Shown here: piece after piece, positions 9,686 to 18,986 of the stretch
Layout of the letters: each line of letters starts with the position of its first letter
Numbering within the stretch: the stretch's first letter is position 1
Assembly (NCBI GenBank): GCA_937905825.1
Contig: CALCXM010000039.1
Span: 1,326 to 65,325 of the forward strand
Length of the DNA: 64,000 nt
Direction of reading: 5' to 3'
From: an uncultured bacterium
Lineage (GTDB): Bacteria; Planctomycetota; UBA1135; GCA-002686595
Made by a program: the position numbers and the translations under genes
The notes under the pieces: model-generated
What the model saw: the letters and a program-made list of their open reading frames with translations, nothing else
Told to the model about the DNA's origin: nothing
Database searches by the model: none

Positions 9686-11032
9686 ATGGGATCCGTTAGA
9701 TTTGTCACATTTGGCTGCAAGGCCAACCAATACGACACCCAGGTACTGCGCGAGGCCCTGGTGCGGCGAGGTTGGAGCGAAGAGTCCAAGGACGCCGACC
9801 TGGTGGTCATGAATACCTGCACGGTCACGGCCGAGGCTGGACGCAAGGCCCGCCAATTGGCCAGGCGCATTCACCGCGACACACCGGAGACCAAGATCTG
9901 CATGGTCGGATGCTTGGCGGAGAGCGAGCCCGAGGTGCTGCGCGAGCTGCCAGGAGTCGAATGGGTTTTGACCGGCGGCGAAGCCAAACGGCCTATCAAC
10001 TTCTTGCGCGAACTCGGCGAAGAACTCTCCCCCGAAGAACTCGGCATCCCCTACGGCATCACCGAGTTCCACGGTCACACGCGCGCCTTCTTGAAGATCC
10101 AAGACGGCTGCGACATGGCCTGCTCCTACTGCATCATTCCCAAGGTGCGCGGCAAGAGTCGTTCGCGTTCCATCGAGGAGTTGCGCAATGAGGTCACGCG
10201 CCTCGTGCAAGTCGGTCACGTGGAGATCGTGCTGTGCGGAATCCACATCGGACATTGGGGCCGCGACCTGGGAATGGAGTTCGCCCAACTCGTGCGCGCC
10301 TTGGCAGAGACGCAAGTTCATGACGACCAGGGACGAGCCCTCGAGTTCCGTCTGCGCTTGTCTTCGATCGAAGCGACGGAGGTCACCCGGGACCTCTCGA
10401 CTTTGATGAACGATCTGCCCCATCGCATCGCGCCGCACTTGCACATGCCCTTGCAATCGGGGGCCGATGAAGTGCTCGTCGGCATGAACCGTTGGTACAC
10501 GGGGAATGAATATCTGGAGCGCTGTTTGGCCCTGCGCGAGTTGCTCGAAGAACCCGCTTTCAGCACCGATGTGATCGTTGGCTTCCCGGGCGAAGAAGAG
10601 CGCCATTTTGAGGATAGCCTGCGAATTCTTAGCTCTGGAGGTTTCTCGAAGGTCCACGTTTTCCCCTTCAGCGCGCGCCCCGGCACCGCTTCCGCCGAGG
10701 CCAGCGGAATGGTTCCTTCGCAAGTCATGCGCGATCGCCGCATGCGACTTGGGGAGTTGTCGAACGAACTTGGCGAAGCGTTCCTGAGGCGCCTCGAAGG
10801 CAAGACGGAGTCCGTGGTTCCCGAGGGCACAGCAGGACTCTCAGGTCGTTACCAGCGAGTGCGCTTTGACCTGCAAAACTGGGTTGGCGTCTTGCCCAAG
10901 CTAGTGGACGTTCGCCTGGAAATCGAAGAGCGCGAAGAGGGCCCGCGACTGGTCGGACGCCCCTTGGAAGGGTCCCCCCTAGCCAGCACTTCGGCCAACT
11001 CCGCAAGCAGCCCAGCATTGGCAACCAACTGA
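9686..11032 (+). CDS. mtaB: MiaB-like tRNA methylthiotransferase (MtaB-type radical SAM)
   Basis: MGSVRFVTFGCKANQYDTQ...VVMNTCTVT (UPF0004 domain Cys triad) plus radical SAM motif IQDGCDMACSYCIIP and a TRAM-like C-terminus. ATG at 9686 is in frame with track ORF 9305..11032. Confidence 0.85.
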   Translation: MGSVRFVTFGCKANQYDTQVLREALVRRGWSEESKDADLVVMNTCTVTAEAGRKARQLARRIHRDTPETKICMVGCLAESEPEVLRELPGVEWVLTGGEAKRPINFLRELGEELSPEELGIPYGITEFHGHTRAFLKIQDGCDMACSYCIIPKVRGKSRSRSIEELRNEVTRLVQVGHVEIVLCGIHIGHWGRDLGMEFAQLVRALAETQVHDDQGRALEFRLRLSSIEATEVTRDLSTLMNDLPHRIAPHLHMPLQSGADEVLVGMNRWYTGNEYLERCLALRELLEEPAFSTDVIVGFPGEEERHFEDSLRILSSGGFSKVHVFPFSARPGTASAEASGMVPSQVMRDRRMRLGELSNELGEAFLRRLEGKTESVVPEGTAGLSGRYQRVRFDLQNWVGVLPKLVDVRLEIEEREEGPRLVGRPLEGSPLASTSANSASSPALATN

Positions 11033-11988
11033 TGGAGCCGGGCCTCAATCAAGAGTTCGCGGAGCTGACTTTCGCCGCGAGTTTGCACGCCCAACGTGAA
11101 GGCCGGCGTGGGCGACGTCGCACGCCAGCACCCGGAGTCGTGCCGCCCTTGCCGGCGAACGCGGAGGCCAGAACCTCCCCTTCCAACGCCCCAAGTTCGG
11201 CCGTTCCGAACTCCCCCGCGGCCCGTCCACAGCCTTCCGCGGAAGCTTCCGCCCGCGCTGCAACGGCGCCGCGCGCCGGCCAGGGCAAGGCCCCCGAACA
11301 GCCCACGCGCGAGCAGCTTTCACGGGCGCCGGTCTCGCCCAGCGGGAGGCCACAAACTTCTCCCGGCGAGAGCCCCCAAGCCCCTCCCAGCGGGGCTCCC
11401 GGGAGCCCCCTTCCGGCGGACCTCGCTCCGCGCGCGAACACCCTGGAAGAACTGCGGGTCTCCGTCGCGGCTTGCCAGGCCTGCGGCCTGTGCGAGACCC
11501 GCCAGCAGACCGTCTTTGCCGATGGCTCCGGCGCCGCGCGGGTGCTCTTCGTGGGCGAGGCTCCCGGGGTCGAAGAGGACGCCTCGGGCCTGCCGTTCGT
11601 GGGCAAGGCGGGCCAGCTGCTCACGGACATCATCACCAAGGGCATGCAGCTGCGCCGGGAGGACGTCTACATCGCCAATGTGCTGAAGTGCCGCCCCCCG
11701 GAAAACCGGGATCCGGAGCCCTCGCAGAAGAGCCTGTGCACCCCCTGGCTCGAGCGCCAAATCGAGCTGATTCGCCCCCAGGTCATCATTCCCCTTGGAG
11801 AGCACGCCAGCCAACACATGCTCAGGTGCCAAGATTCCATGGGCCGCATGCGCGGCCGGGTGCACCTGGTGCGCGGCCTGCAAATCGTGCCCACCTACGA
11901 TCCGGCCTTCCTGCTGCGCTCGCCGCACATGAAGAAGGACTGTTGGGCGGACATCAAGCTGGCCATGGGCGTCCTGGGCCTGGGCTAG
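11032..11988 (+). CDS. uracil-DNA glycosylase family 4 (Fe-S type) with about 115-aa Pro/Ala/Ser-rich N-terminal extension
   Basis: CQACGLCETRQQTVF, GEAPGVEEDASGLPFVGKAGQLL and NVLKCRPPENRDP are family-4 UDG motifs. ATG 11032 overlaps the mtaB stop (TGATG). Confidence 0.85.
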   Translation: MEPGLNQEFAELTFAASLHAQREGRRGRRRTPAPGVVPPLPANAEARTSPSNAPSSAVPNSPAARPQPSAEASARAATAPRAGQGKAPEQPTREQLSRAPVSPSGRPQTSPGESPQAPPSGAPGSPLPADLAPRANTLEELRVSVAACQACGLCETRQQTVFADGSGAARVLFVGEAPGVEEDASGLPFVGKAGQLLTDIITKGMQLRREDVYIANVLKCRPPENRDPEPSQKSLCTPWLERQIELIRPQVIIPLGEHASQHMLRCQDSMGRMRGRVHLVRGLQIVPTYDPAFLLRSPHMKKDCWADIKLAMGVLGLG

Positions 11989-12143
11989 GGTCGGGGAGCC
12001 CGGACGAGGGCTCGATGCGACTCCAAGCCCGTTCAGCGAAATAGCTTACACCGTTTGATGACTTCAAATCGCACACCCCGGGCCACCCGCGCCGCCAAGG
12101 GGTTCTTCCACCCCACCCCGCCAGCGGGGGATAGAGTGCCTGT

Positions 12144-13577
12144 ATGAGACGACAAGGTTCATGGATGGGGCTGCTCGCCAGCCTCCCCCTGGTGCTGGGC
12201 GCCTGCGGGGAAGACGCATCCCAAGGGGCGCAGGTGCCCCCCCTGCCCGACTACATCGAGAACTTTGACAGCCGCGTGCGCGACCTCCTGAGTGAGAATC
12301 ACCAACGCCTGACGGAGGACCCCGGGGACCCCGAGCGCTGGATGGATTTGGGCAAGGCCTACGAAGCCCACCGGGAAGCCGCTCAGGCAGAGATCTGCTA
12401 CCGCAGCGCCCTGCGCATCGAGGCCACCAACCCGCGCTGGTGGTATCGCCTCGCCATGGCCCAGGAGATCAACGACAAGGTCGAAGAGGCCCTCAGCTCC
12501 TTGGAATCCTCAATTGCTCTAAACGACCAATACCCCCCCTCCCACTGGCGCCGTGGGCAATGGAAGCTCTTGCTGGGCGACACGCATGAGGCACGCGCTT
12601 GCTTTGAGCGCGCTCTGGCCATCGACCCCAGCGTGGAAGCGGCGCAGGTTGGCCTGGGCCAGGTTCACATGTGGCTCGGGGAACACGCGCAGGCTATCGC
12701 GCTCTTCGAGTCGGGCAACCTCCTGCAAGGCCCCAATGCTGCCTTTGTCAGCCGCCAATTGGGGACCTGCTACCAACGCATGGGCGAGGTCGACAAGGCC
12801 CGCAGCCTGCTGGCCGGAGTGACCGATGCGGAGCCGCGCTTCCCCGACCCTTGGAAGGCCGAGGTCAACAGCCTGCAGCGTGGCATGGCCGCCATCAATC
12901 GCGAGGCCCGCCAACTGATCGCCTCCGGGGAAGCCCTGCGCGCCATCCAAGAGTTGCAGGCCGCCCACGAGCTGGAACCAAAGCACATTCCCATTCTGCG
13001 CACCTTGGGCGCGGCCTACTCCGCTGCCGGGCAATTCACGAAGGCCCAATCGGCCCTGGAGAAAGCGGTGGCCATGGACCCCACGGACCTAGAGCTCGCC
13101 GTGGACGCCATCTGGGCGCGGGCCATGACGGGAGATGCGGCCGGTGCGCTGCTGGAGGTCGACAAGGTCATCGAGCAAGAGTCCATGAACCACAAGGCCC
13201 ACGGCTTGCGCGCCCAAGTCCTTTTGGATCTCGGTCGCGGAGCGGAAGCCATCGAGGCCTTTGCGCTCGCCACGAAACATGGAAACAAGAACCCGAAGCT
13301 CTTGGTGGACATCGGCCGGGTTCAGCTGCAACTCGGACGTTTGGAGCCTGCCATGCAGAGCTTTGTGCTCGCTGCAAACCAGGACCCGGCCTTGCAGGTC
13401 GCATGGATCGGCCAGGCCATAGCGGGCATCGAATTGAAGCGCTTTGACGACGCCGAGACGGCGATCGAACGGGCGGCTAGCTTGACGCCCACGGGCGCCC
13501 CTGAGGATCCCCTGCTTGAAATCATCCGCGATCAAATCGCGACCCTGCGACAGCCCGCTACTGCGCCACCGAAGTAG
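12144..13577 (+). CDS. TPR repeat lipoprotein
   Basis: MRRQGSWMGLLASLPLVLGACGED (lipobox LGAC), then about 10 TPR-like units (WMDLGKAYEAHREAAQAEICYRSALRIE, WWYRLAMAQEINDKVEEALSSLESSIALN, and others). Confidence 0.8.
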   Translation: MRRQGSWMGLLASLPLVLGACGEDASQGAQVPPLPDYIENFDSRVRDLLSENHQRLTEDPGDPERWMDLGKAYEAHREAAQAEICYRSALRIEATNPRWWYRLAMAQEINDKVEEALSSLESSIALNDQYPPSHWRRGQWKLLLGDTHEARACFERALAIDPSVEAAQVGLGQVHMWLGEHAQAIALFESGNLLQGPNAAFVSRQLGTCYQRMGEVDKARSLLAGVTDAEPRFPDPWKAEVNSLQRGMAAINREARQLIASGEALRAIQELQAAHELEPKHIPILRTLGAAYSAAGQFTKAQSALEKAVAMDPTDLELAVDAIWARAMTGDAAGALLEVDKVIEQESMNHKAHGLRAQVLLDLGRGAEAIEAFALATKHGNKNPKLLVDIGRVQLQLGRLEPAMQSFVLAANQDPALQVAWIGQAIAGIELKRFDDAETAIERAASLTPTGAPEDPLLEIIRDQIATLRQPATAPPK

Positions 13578-13591
13578 CTCCATCTCCCTCT

Positions 13592-15280
13592 ATGCAAATG
13601 CTCGTCCCTGCCCGCACCCTTTGCCTGGGCCTCGCCCTGGCCTTCCTCTGCGCTTGCTCCCCTGACACCAAGGAGGAGCCTTCCGCACCGTCCGCGGGCA
13701 CTGTTTGGTTCCGTGAAGTGGGTGCCTCCGCGGGACTCACGTTCGTGCACAACTCGGGCGCCCGGGGTGAGTTCCTGTTCCCCGAGCAGAACGGTGGCGG
13801 CGTGGCCCTCTTGGACTTCGATGCGGACGGCTTCCTCGACATCTTCATGTTGCAAGGGGGACAGATCCAAACGGCCGCAACGGAACGCACGAGTCATGGA
13901 CTCTTCCGCAACCGAGGCGACGGAACCTTCGAAGACGTCAGCGCGGGAAGTGGCGTTCAAGTGAAGGGTTTCGGCATTGGCGTGGTTGCCGGGGATTACG
14001 ACAACGACGGATTGACCGACCTGTACCTGCTCAACGTGGGCCCCAATGTGCTGCTGCGCAACGCTGGCGATGGCAAGTTTGAAGACACGACAGAACGGGC
14101 TGGAGTCGGAGATAGAGTCTGGAGTTCGAGCGGTTGCTTCTCCGACTACGATGGCGATGGTGACTTGGATTTGTACGTGACGAACTACGTCTACTGGAGC
14201 CTCTCCACCGATCGCGAGTGCTACGAGCAAAGCGGTCGCCGCACCTACTGCGGCCCCCACAGCTACAACGCGCCAGTTCCCGATCACTTGTACCGCAACG
14301 AAGGCGACGGAACCTTCGTGGACGTGTCGTCGGAAGCGGGGCTCGCCACGCGCTATGGCAATGGCTTGGGAGTCGTCAGCGCAGATTTCAACGGAGACGG
14401 CAAGCTCGATTTCTTCGTGGCCAACGATCGCACGGAGGACCAACTCTGGATGAACCAAGGAGACGGAACCTTCAAAGATGAAGCGCGCGTCATCGGTTGC
14501 GCCGTGGATCGCAACGGCATGTCGCGGGCCGGCATGGGCGTGGACTGCGCGGACGTGGACGATGACGGGGATCCGGACTTGATCGTGGTCAACCTGCACG
14601 GGGAGCTGGACGGATTTTACCGCAACGAGGGCCACTACTTTTTCGAGCAAACCACCAGCGCGGGCATCGGCCTGGTGACGCGCAGCTACACACGCTTCGG
14701 CGTGGGCTTCGTGGACTTTGACAACGACGGGGACTTGGACATCTACCAAGCCAACGGGCGGGTCACGTTGGTCGGCGAGGCCCTAGCCGAGGACCCCTAC
14801 GCCGAACCCAACGTGCTCTTGATCCGCTCCGAGCAAGGCAAGTGGCGCAAGTCCAGCCTGCAGGGCGGCACCTCCCAGTCCCTCGTGCACACCAGCCGTG
14901 GGGCCGCCTTCGGCGACTTCGACAACGACGGCGGCATGGATGTGGTCGTCGCAAACGCCAATTCGAGCCCCTACCTGCTGCGCAACGAGCACAGCCAGCG
15001 CGGACACTGGCTGATTTTGGACGTGCTCACCCCAGGCGGCTCCCCAGCCATCGGCGCCTCGGTTTTTGCCCCCCTAGAGGGCCGCCAGATCCGTCGAGAT
15101 GTGCTCCCCGGACGGAGCTATGCCAGTAGCTCGGACCCCAGGGTCCACTTGGGCCTCGGAAAATTGGGAGAAATTCCCCGGCTCGAAGTGCTCTGGGTGG
15201 ACGGCAGGCGGGAGGCGTTTGGGCCCTTCCAGGCCGACCAGAAAGTCGCCTTGCGGCAGGGTCAGGGTCGGGCGCTCTAG
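13592..15280 (+). CDS. CRTAC1-family FG-GAP/VCBS repeat lipoprotein with ASPIC/UnbV domain (paralog of 5172..7025)
   Basis: MQMLVPARTLCLGLALAFLCACSPD (lipobox). FG-GAP loops DFDADGFLDIF, DYDNDGLTDLY, DYDGDGDLDLY, DFNGDGKLDFF, DVDDDGDPDLIV, DFDNDGDLDIY, DFDNDGGMDVV. C-terminal GASVFAP...RSYASSSDPRVHLGLG...VLWVDG. Confidence 0.85.
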   Translation: MQMLVPARTLCLGLALAFLCACSPDTKEEPSAPSAGTVWFREVGASAGLTFVHNSGARGEFLFPEQNGGGVALLDFDADGFLDIFMLQGGQIQTAATERTSHGLFRNRGDGTFEDVSAGSGVQVKGFGIGVVAGDYDNDGLTDLYLLNVGPNVLLRNAGDGKFEDTTERAGVGDRVWSSSGCFSDYDGDGDLDLYVTNYVYWSLSTDRECYEQSGRRTYCGPHSYNAPVPDHLYRNEGDGTFVDVSSEAGLATRYGNGLGVVSADFNGDGKLDFFVANDRTEDQLWMNQGDGTFKDEARVIGCAVDRNGMSRAGMGVDCADVDDDGDPDLIVVNLHGELDGFYRNEGHYFFEQTTSAGIGLVTRSYTRFGVGFVDFDNDGDLDIYQANGRVTLVGEALAEDPYAEPNVLLIRSEQGKWRKSSLQGGTSQSLVHTSRGAAFGDFDNDGGMDVVVANANSSPYLLRNEHSQRGHWLILDVLTPGGSPAIGASVFAPLEGRQIRRDVLPGRSYASSSDPRVHLGLGKLGEIPRLEVLWVDGRREAFGPFQADQKVALRQGQGRAL

Positions 15281-15963
15281 CCCAGCCAGAGAGCGGGCCT
15301 GCGCCGCAGACCTATATATATGAGTGCTTTGGGAGCACCGGCCCCCGCAGGCGCACGAGGAAATGCGGCCACGAGAAAGGCTTCATCCATTCGACTGGTA
15401 ACCGGCTCCCGATGCTCGGGTATCCGCGCCCGGACTCCTCGAGAGTCTGAAGAACAACGGTTTGGCAGCGGGGGTTCAGTTGACCACCCACTGCCCTGTC
15501 GGTATCCTTCCCGCCTCTTTGAAGGGTTCCCCATCCCCCTACAACGCCGAGACTCGTACCACGAGTCGTCTCCTTGCCTCTCCACCGCGCGTCGGTGTGG
15601 GTACGCGTTGCAGAGGATGGATCATGAATCCGATCCACAGACTTCTTCTGATCAGAAGGTTGAGTTCCTTCGCTCCGCGCGCCGGTGTGAGCTGCACTCC
15701 TCTTTCGCCTCCTAGGCTGCTTGAGCCAGAGGGTCAATCGTGCGTGCGTCCCATTTGTTCCGCCCTGTGCCGGAATGGGGATCTTCGCCCGACCGTCCCC
15801 TTCATTTCGAGCAGGCCCAAGCTGAACGTAGTTTCAGTGCCGGCCACGCCACCCCACTGACAATCCCGATCACCTGAAGCGATGGTTCGTTTCGGGGCAG
15901 CCTCGGCCTCACCGCCGGGAATGCAGTTTTCCTCCAAGGCCTCACCTTAAGGCTCGAGTACTC

Positions 15964-18645
15964 ATGCGTCTGAGATTCCTCTTCCTTCCGCTTCTAGCGG
16001 TGGCCCCTGTCGCCTGCAACTCCACCGACTCAACGGTTCCTTCGGAAACCGCCAACACTGAGACCGGTCTGTCTGCAGACTCCGAGTCAACGAGCGATGC
16101 CGCCAATGGCCCTGCGCTTGATGACGCTGACCAGGCCGGCACCTCAGAAGCCAGCTTCACCCTCGACCCTGCCTTGCAGGGAACGCAACTGGGCCAAGAC
16201 GCTGAGCGTTTGCAGCTCAAGCGTACCCAGCGCGCTTCCCTCGCGGGTGCGACGATCAAGGAGGGCAACATGCACTTCGAGCGCGGAGACCTCGAGTCCG
16301 CACTCGTCGCGTACGCCCAGGCCATCGCCGTCGACCCCAGCAACACGGAAGCCCGTGAGCGCATGCAGAAGGTCGAAGCAATGCTCGGTCACCGCTACGC
16401 CGTGATTGCCGATACGCTCAGCGACGAAGTCGAGCGCGCCATGGTCAAGCGAGCCCAGGCCCGGATCGAGGCAGAGCGCTTCACGATTCGCGGCAAGGCA
16501 GACCTGCGCAACGCTGACTACGACAGCGCCATTCAGAATTTCCGAAGCGCGGAGATGATCCTGCGCTTCAACCCTCTTATTGCTACCGACTCCCTCGACG
16601 AGCAAATCGTCACGGGCATGTTGAACGAAGCGGTCACCCTGCGCGAAGAGGCTCGCGTCCAGGACAAGCGCCTCGCCCAACAAGCTGCCCAGCGCGCCAG
16701 CCAAATGGCCGAGCAGCGCGAGCAGGAGTACCTCGAGCAGCGCCTCGTCGCGCTCTTCAACCAGGCCAACCAGGCCTTCTTGAACGAGAACTTCAAGCAA
16801 GCTGAAGAGTACTGCGACCTGATCCTTGTGGAGGACACCGGCAACGAAGCGGCCGTCGTGCTCAAGGAGAACGCTCAGGCCGCTCGTCACCTGACCACCG
16901 CCGAGCGCAACCGCCGCGACTACAAGGAGCAGTGGATACGCACCTTCGACGACCTCGATCATATGGGCGTCATCCAAACCGAGGCGGTGGTCTTCAACGA
17001 CCTCGACCGTTGGTTGAAGGTCACCCAGCGCAAGCCCCTCGAGTTCGGCACCAACGCGGCTGAGGACGACGCCGAGAACGCCAGCGTCCTGGCGCGCCTC
17101 GAGTCCCACCGCATCCCGGTTGAGTTCGTCAGCGAAGACGGCGAGGGCGCTCCCCTCGCCCAGGTCGCCAACTTCTTCCAGACCTTGACCGGCGTGAACT
17201 TCGTGATCAGCACGGCTGTCCGCGAAGAGCTCGGCGAAGACGAGACCTTGGTCAACCTTCAACTGCCCGAGTACAGCGTCAAGAAGATCCTCGACATCAT
17301 CGCCGAGACCAACGACTCCCTGCGCTGGAAGATCCAAGACGGTGTGGTCAAGTTCGTCACCTCCGCAGAACTGATCGGTGGTCAAGTCCTCGTCATGTAC
17401 GAGGTGCGCGACCTGATTCGCCCGATCGTCGACTTCCCCGGTGCCGAGATCAACATCGAGCCCTCCGGCGGCATCACCTACCCGGACGAAGAGTTGCCCG
17501 AGCGTGAGGCAGGCGTGGTCGACGGCGACCGCCTGGACGCCCTCATCCGCGGCAACATCGACGCAGAGTCCTGGGAAACCGACTCCGCCAACAACCTCAC
17601 CATCGACGAGAACGGTGTGATGATCGTCAACCAGACGCCAGGCGTTCACGACAAGATCAGCCAGCTCCTGGCCGACCTGCGTGAGGCCACCGGCATCATG
17701 GTCGACATCCAGTCGCGCTTCATCCGCGTCGAGGACAACTTCTTGGAAGACATCGGCGTGGACTTCCGCGGCCTGGGCCAGCCCGGCCTCGGTACCAACG
17801 AGTTCTTCGACGACTTCGGCGACGCCACCACCCAAGCCGAACTCGGCGCGGAGATCGGTGCGGACCCGAGCCTCGGTGCTTACCTTGACGAAGGCAACGA
17901 CGGCGACATTCGCGGCCGCGTGGAGAGTCTCTACGACAGCTCCCTCGGCGTGAACAATGGCCTCGGAACCGAAGGCAACAACGGTCCCGGCCTGAATGCA
18001 ACCGGCGGCCTCAGCTTCCAGTGGACCTACCTGAACGACATCGAGCTGGAACTCATCCTGCGCGCCGTCAGCAAGTCCGAGCGCGTCCAGTTGGTCTCCA
18101 ACCCGCGCATCCTGATCGCGAACACGGGCCGCTCCAACCTGACCGTGCTCAACCAGGTCACCTACGTGAAGGACTTCGACGTGGAGATCGCCCAGGCGGC
18201 ATCCATCGCCGACCCGATCGTCGACGTCATCCAAGACGGCGTGATCCTCGACGTGCGTCCGGTGGTTTCTGCGGACCGTCGCTTCATCACCTTGGAACTA
18301 CGCCCCACCATCGCCGAACTCAAGCGCCCGATTCGTCAGGTCACCACCACCCTGGGTTCCCAGGCTTCGGTGACCATCGAGTTGCCCGAGCTTGAGATCC
18401 AGCGCATTCGGACCTCGATCCCGATGCCCGACGGCGCGACCGTCATGCTCGGCGGCCTGAAGTCTTCGGACTCCAAGGACTACCGCAGTGGCGTCCCGAT
18501 CCTCAACAAGATCCCGCTGGTCTCGATGCTCTTCGAGCGCAAAGGCAAGTACGTTGCCCGTCGCAAGTTGATGGTGCTGCTGCGTGCCGACATCGTGATC
18601 CCTTCGGAGGCTGAGCCCACCGCTGCCCAGCTGGGCGTTCGCTAG
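15964..18645 (+). CDS. secretin-family outer-membrane channel protein with lipoprotein-type signal and about 330-aa TPR/coiled-coil N-terminal region (secretin-1)
   Basis: MRLRFLFLPLLAVAPVACNS (signal peptide + Cys). TPR-like units (ERGDLESALVAYAQAIAVDPSNTEARERM). N0-like domain (IPVEFVSEDGEGAPLAQVANFFQTLTGVNFVIS...VVKFVT). Secretin core (RFIRVEDNFLEDIGVDF...VSNPRILIANTGRS...LDVRPVVSADRRFITLEL). C-terminal signature GVPILNKIPLVSMLFERKGKYVARRKLMVLLRADIV. Confidence 0.85.
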   Translation: MRLRFLFLPLLAVAPVACNSTDSTVPSETANTETGLSADSESTSDAANGPALDDADQAGTSEASFTLDPALQGTQLGQDAERLQLKRTQRASLAGATIKEGNMHFERGDLESALVAYAQAIAVDPSNTEARERMQKVEAMLGHRYAVIADTLSDEVERAMVKRAQARIEAERFTIRGKADLRNADYDSAIQNFRSAEMILRFNPLIATDSLDEQIVTGMLNEAVTLREEARVQDKRLAQQAAQRASQMAEQREQEYLEQRLVALFNQANQAFLNENFKQAEEYCDLILVEDTGNEAAVVLKENAQAARHLTTAERNRRDYKEQWIRTFDDLDHMGVIQTEAVVFNDLDRWLKVTQRKPLEFGTNAAEDDAENASVLARLESHRIPVEFVSEDGEGAPLAQVANFFQTLTGVNFVISTAVREELGEDETLVNLQLPEYSVKKILDIIAETNDSLRWKIQDGVVKFVTSAELIGGQVLVMYEVRDLIRPIVDFPGAEINIEPSGGITYPDEELPEREAGVVDGDRLDALIRGNIDAESWETDSANNLTIDENGVMIVNQTPGVHDKISQLLADLREATGIMVDIQSRFIRVEDNFLEDIGVDFRGLGQPGLGTNEFFDDFGDATTQAELGAEIGADPSLGAYLDEGNDGDIRGRVESLYDSSLGVNNGLGTEGNNGPGLNATGGLSFQWTYLNDIELELILRAVSKSERVQLVSNPRILIANTGRSNLTVLNQVTYVKDFDVEIAQAASIADPIVDVIQDGVILDVRPVVSADRRFITLELRPTIAELKRPIRQVTTTLGSQASVTIELPELEIQRIRTSIPMPDGATVMLGGLKSSDSKDYRSGVPILNKIPLVSMLFERKGKYVARRKLMVLLRADIVIPSEAEPTAAQLGVR

Positions 18646-18744
18646 TCGGGGTCTTTTCCCGAACGCGCTCCCCCCTCCGAGACGCCCCCTACCGCCTACG
18701 CCCCCCGGGGCGTGAGCCGGAAAGGGACAGATCGAATCGACGGA

Positions 18745-18773
18745 GGGAGGTCCCGGCAAGGCCGGGGCCTCCC
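18745..18773 (+). terminator. GC-rich hairpin downstream of secretin-1 (possible terminator or processing site)
   Basis: GGGAGGTCCCGGC-AAG-GCCGGGGCCTCCC, a 13-bp stem (one G-U) with a 3-nt loop, followed only by TTC (weak U tract). Confidence 0.35.
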
Positions 18774-18986
18774 TTCGCATAGACCCCTTCCCCCCTTGGT
18801 CCCAACGGCTGCTGTCCTTATCGGCGCTGGTTTGGTGACGAGCGGGTGGGTGTACGAAAACTCTCATCGATCAGTGCGTTGCCGCACAACATGAGGCGGG
18901 TAGTCATCGGACCGAAGGTCCCGACTCACCTTGTCCTACCGCAACATCTCCTCCCTGCTTTGAAGCCGAGCGCCCCCACTAAAGCC

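Noticed and set aside
13532-14749. 405-aa ORF antisense to the second CRTAC1 gene
   Set aside because: Antisense shadow of the Asp/Gly-rich FG-GAP repeats (reads as V/H/A-rich). No motif.
15281-15963. Possible RNase P RNA, because AGGCTGCTTGAGCC resembles the E. coli M1 P15 region and GAGGAAA(T)GC resembles the P4 strand
   Set aside because: On neither strand could I find the other universally conserved blocks (GAGGAAAGUCCGGGC exact, GGUAAGAGC, ACAGAAnCCGGCUUA) in the right order or spacing. Kept only as an unassigned structured region. tmRNA and c-di-GMP-I riboswitch resemblances were also too weak.
16144-18234. 696-aa ORF antisense to secretin-1
   Set aside because: Shadow ORF typical of GC-rich DNA. 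Its translation is a monotonous V/D/G/A/L/E/H-rich string with no motif, while the + strand frame carries a full secretin signature.
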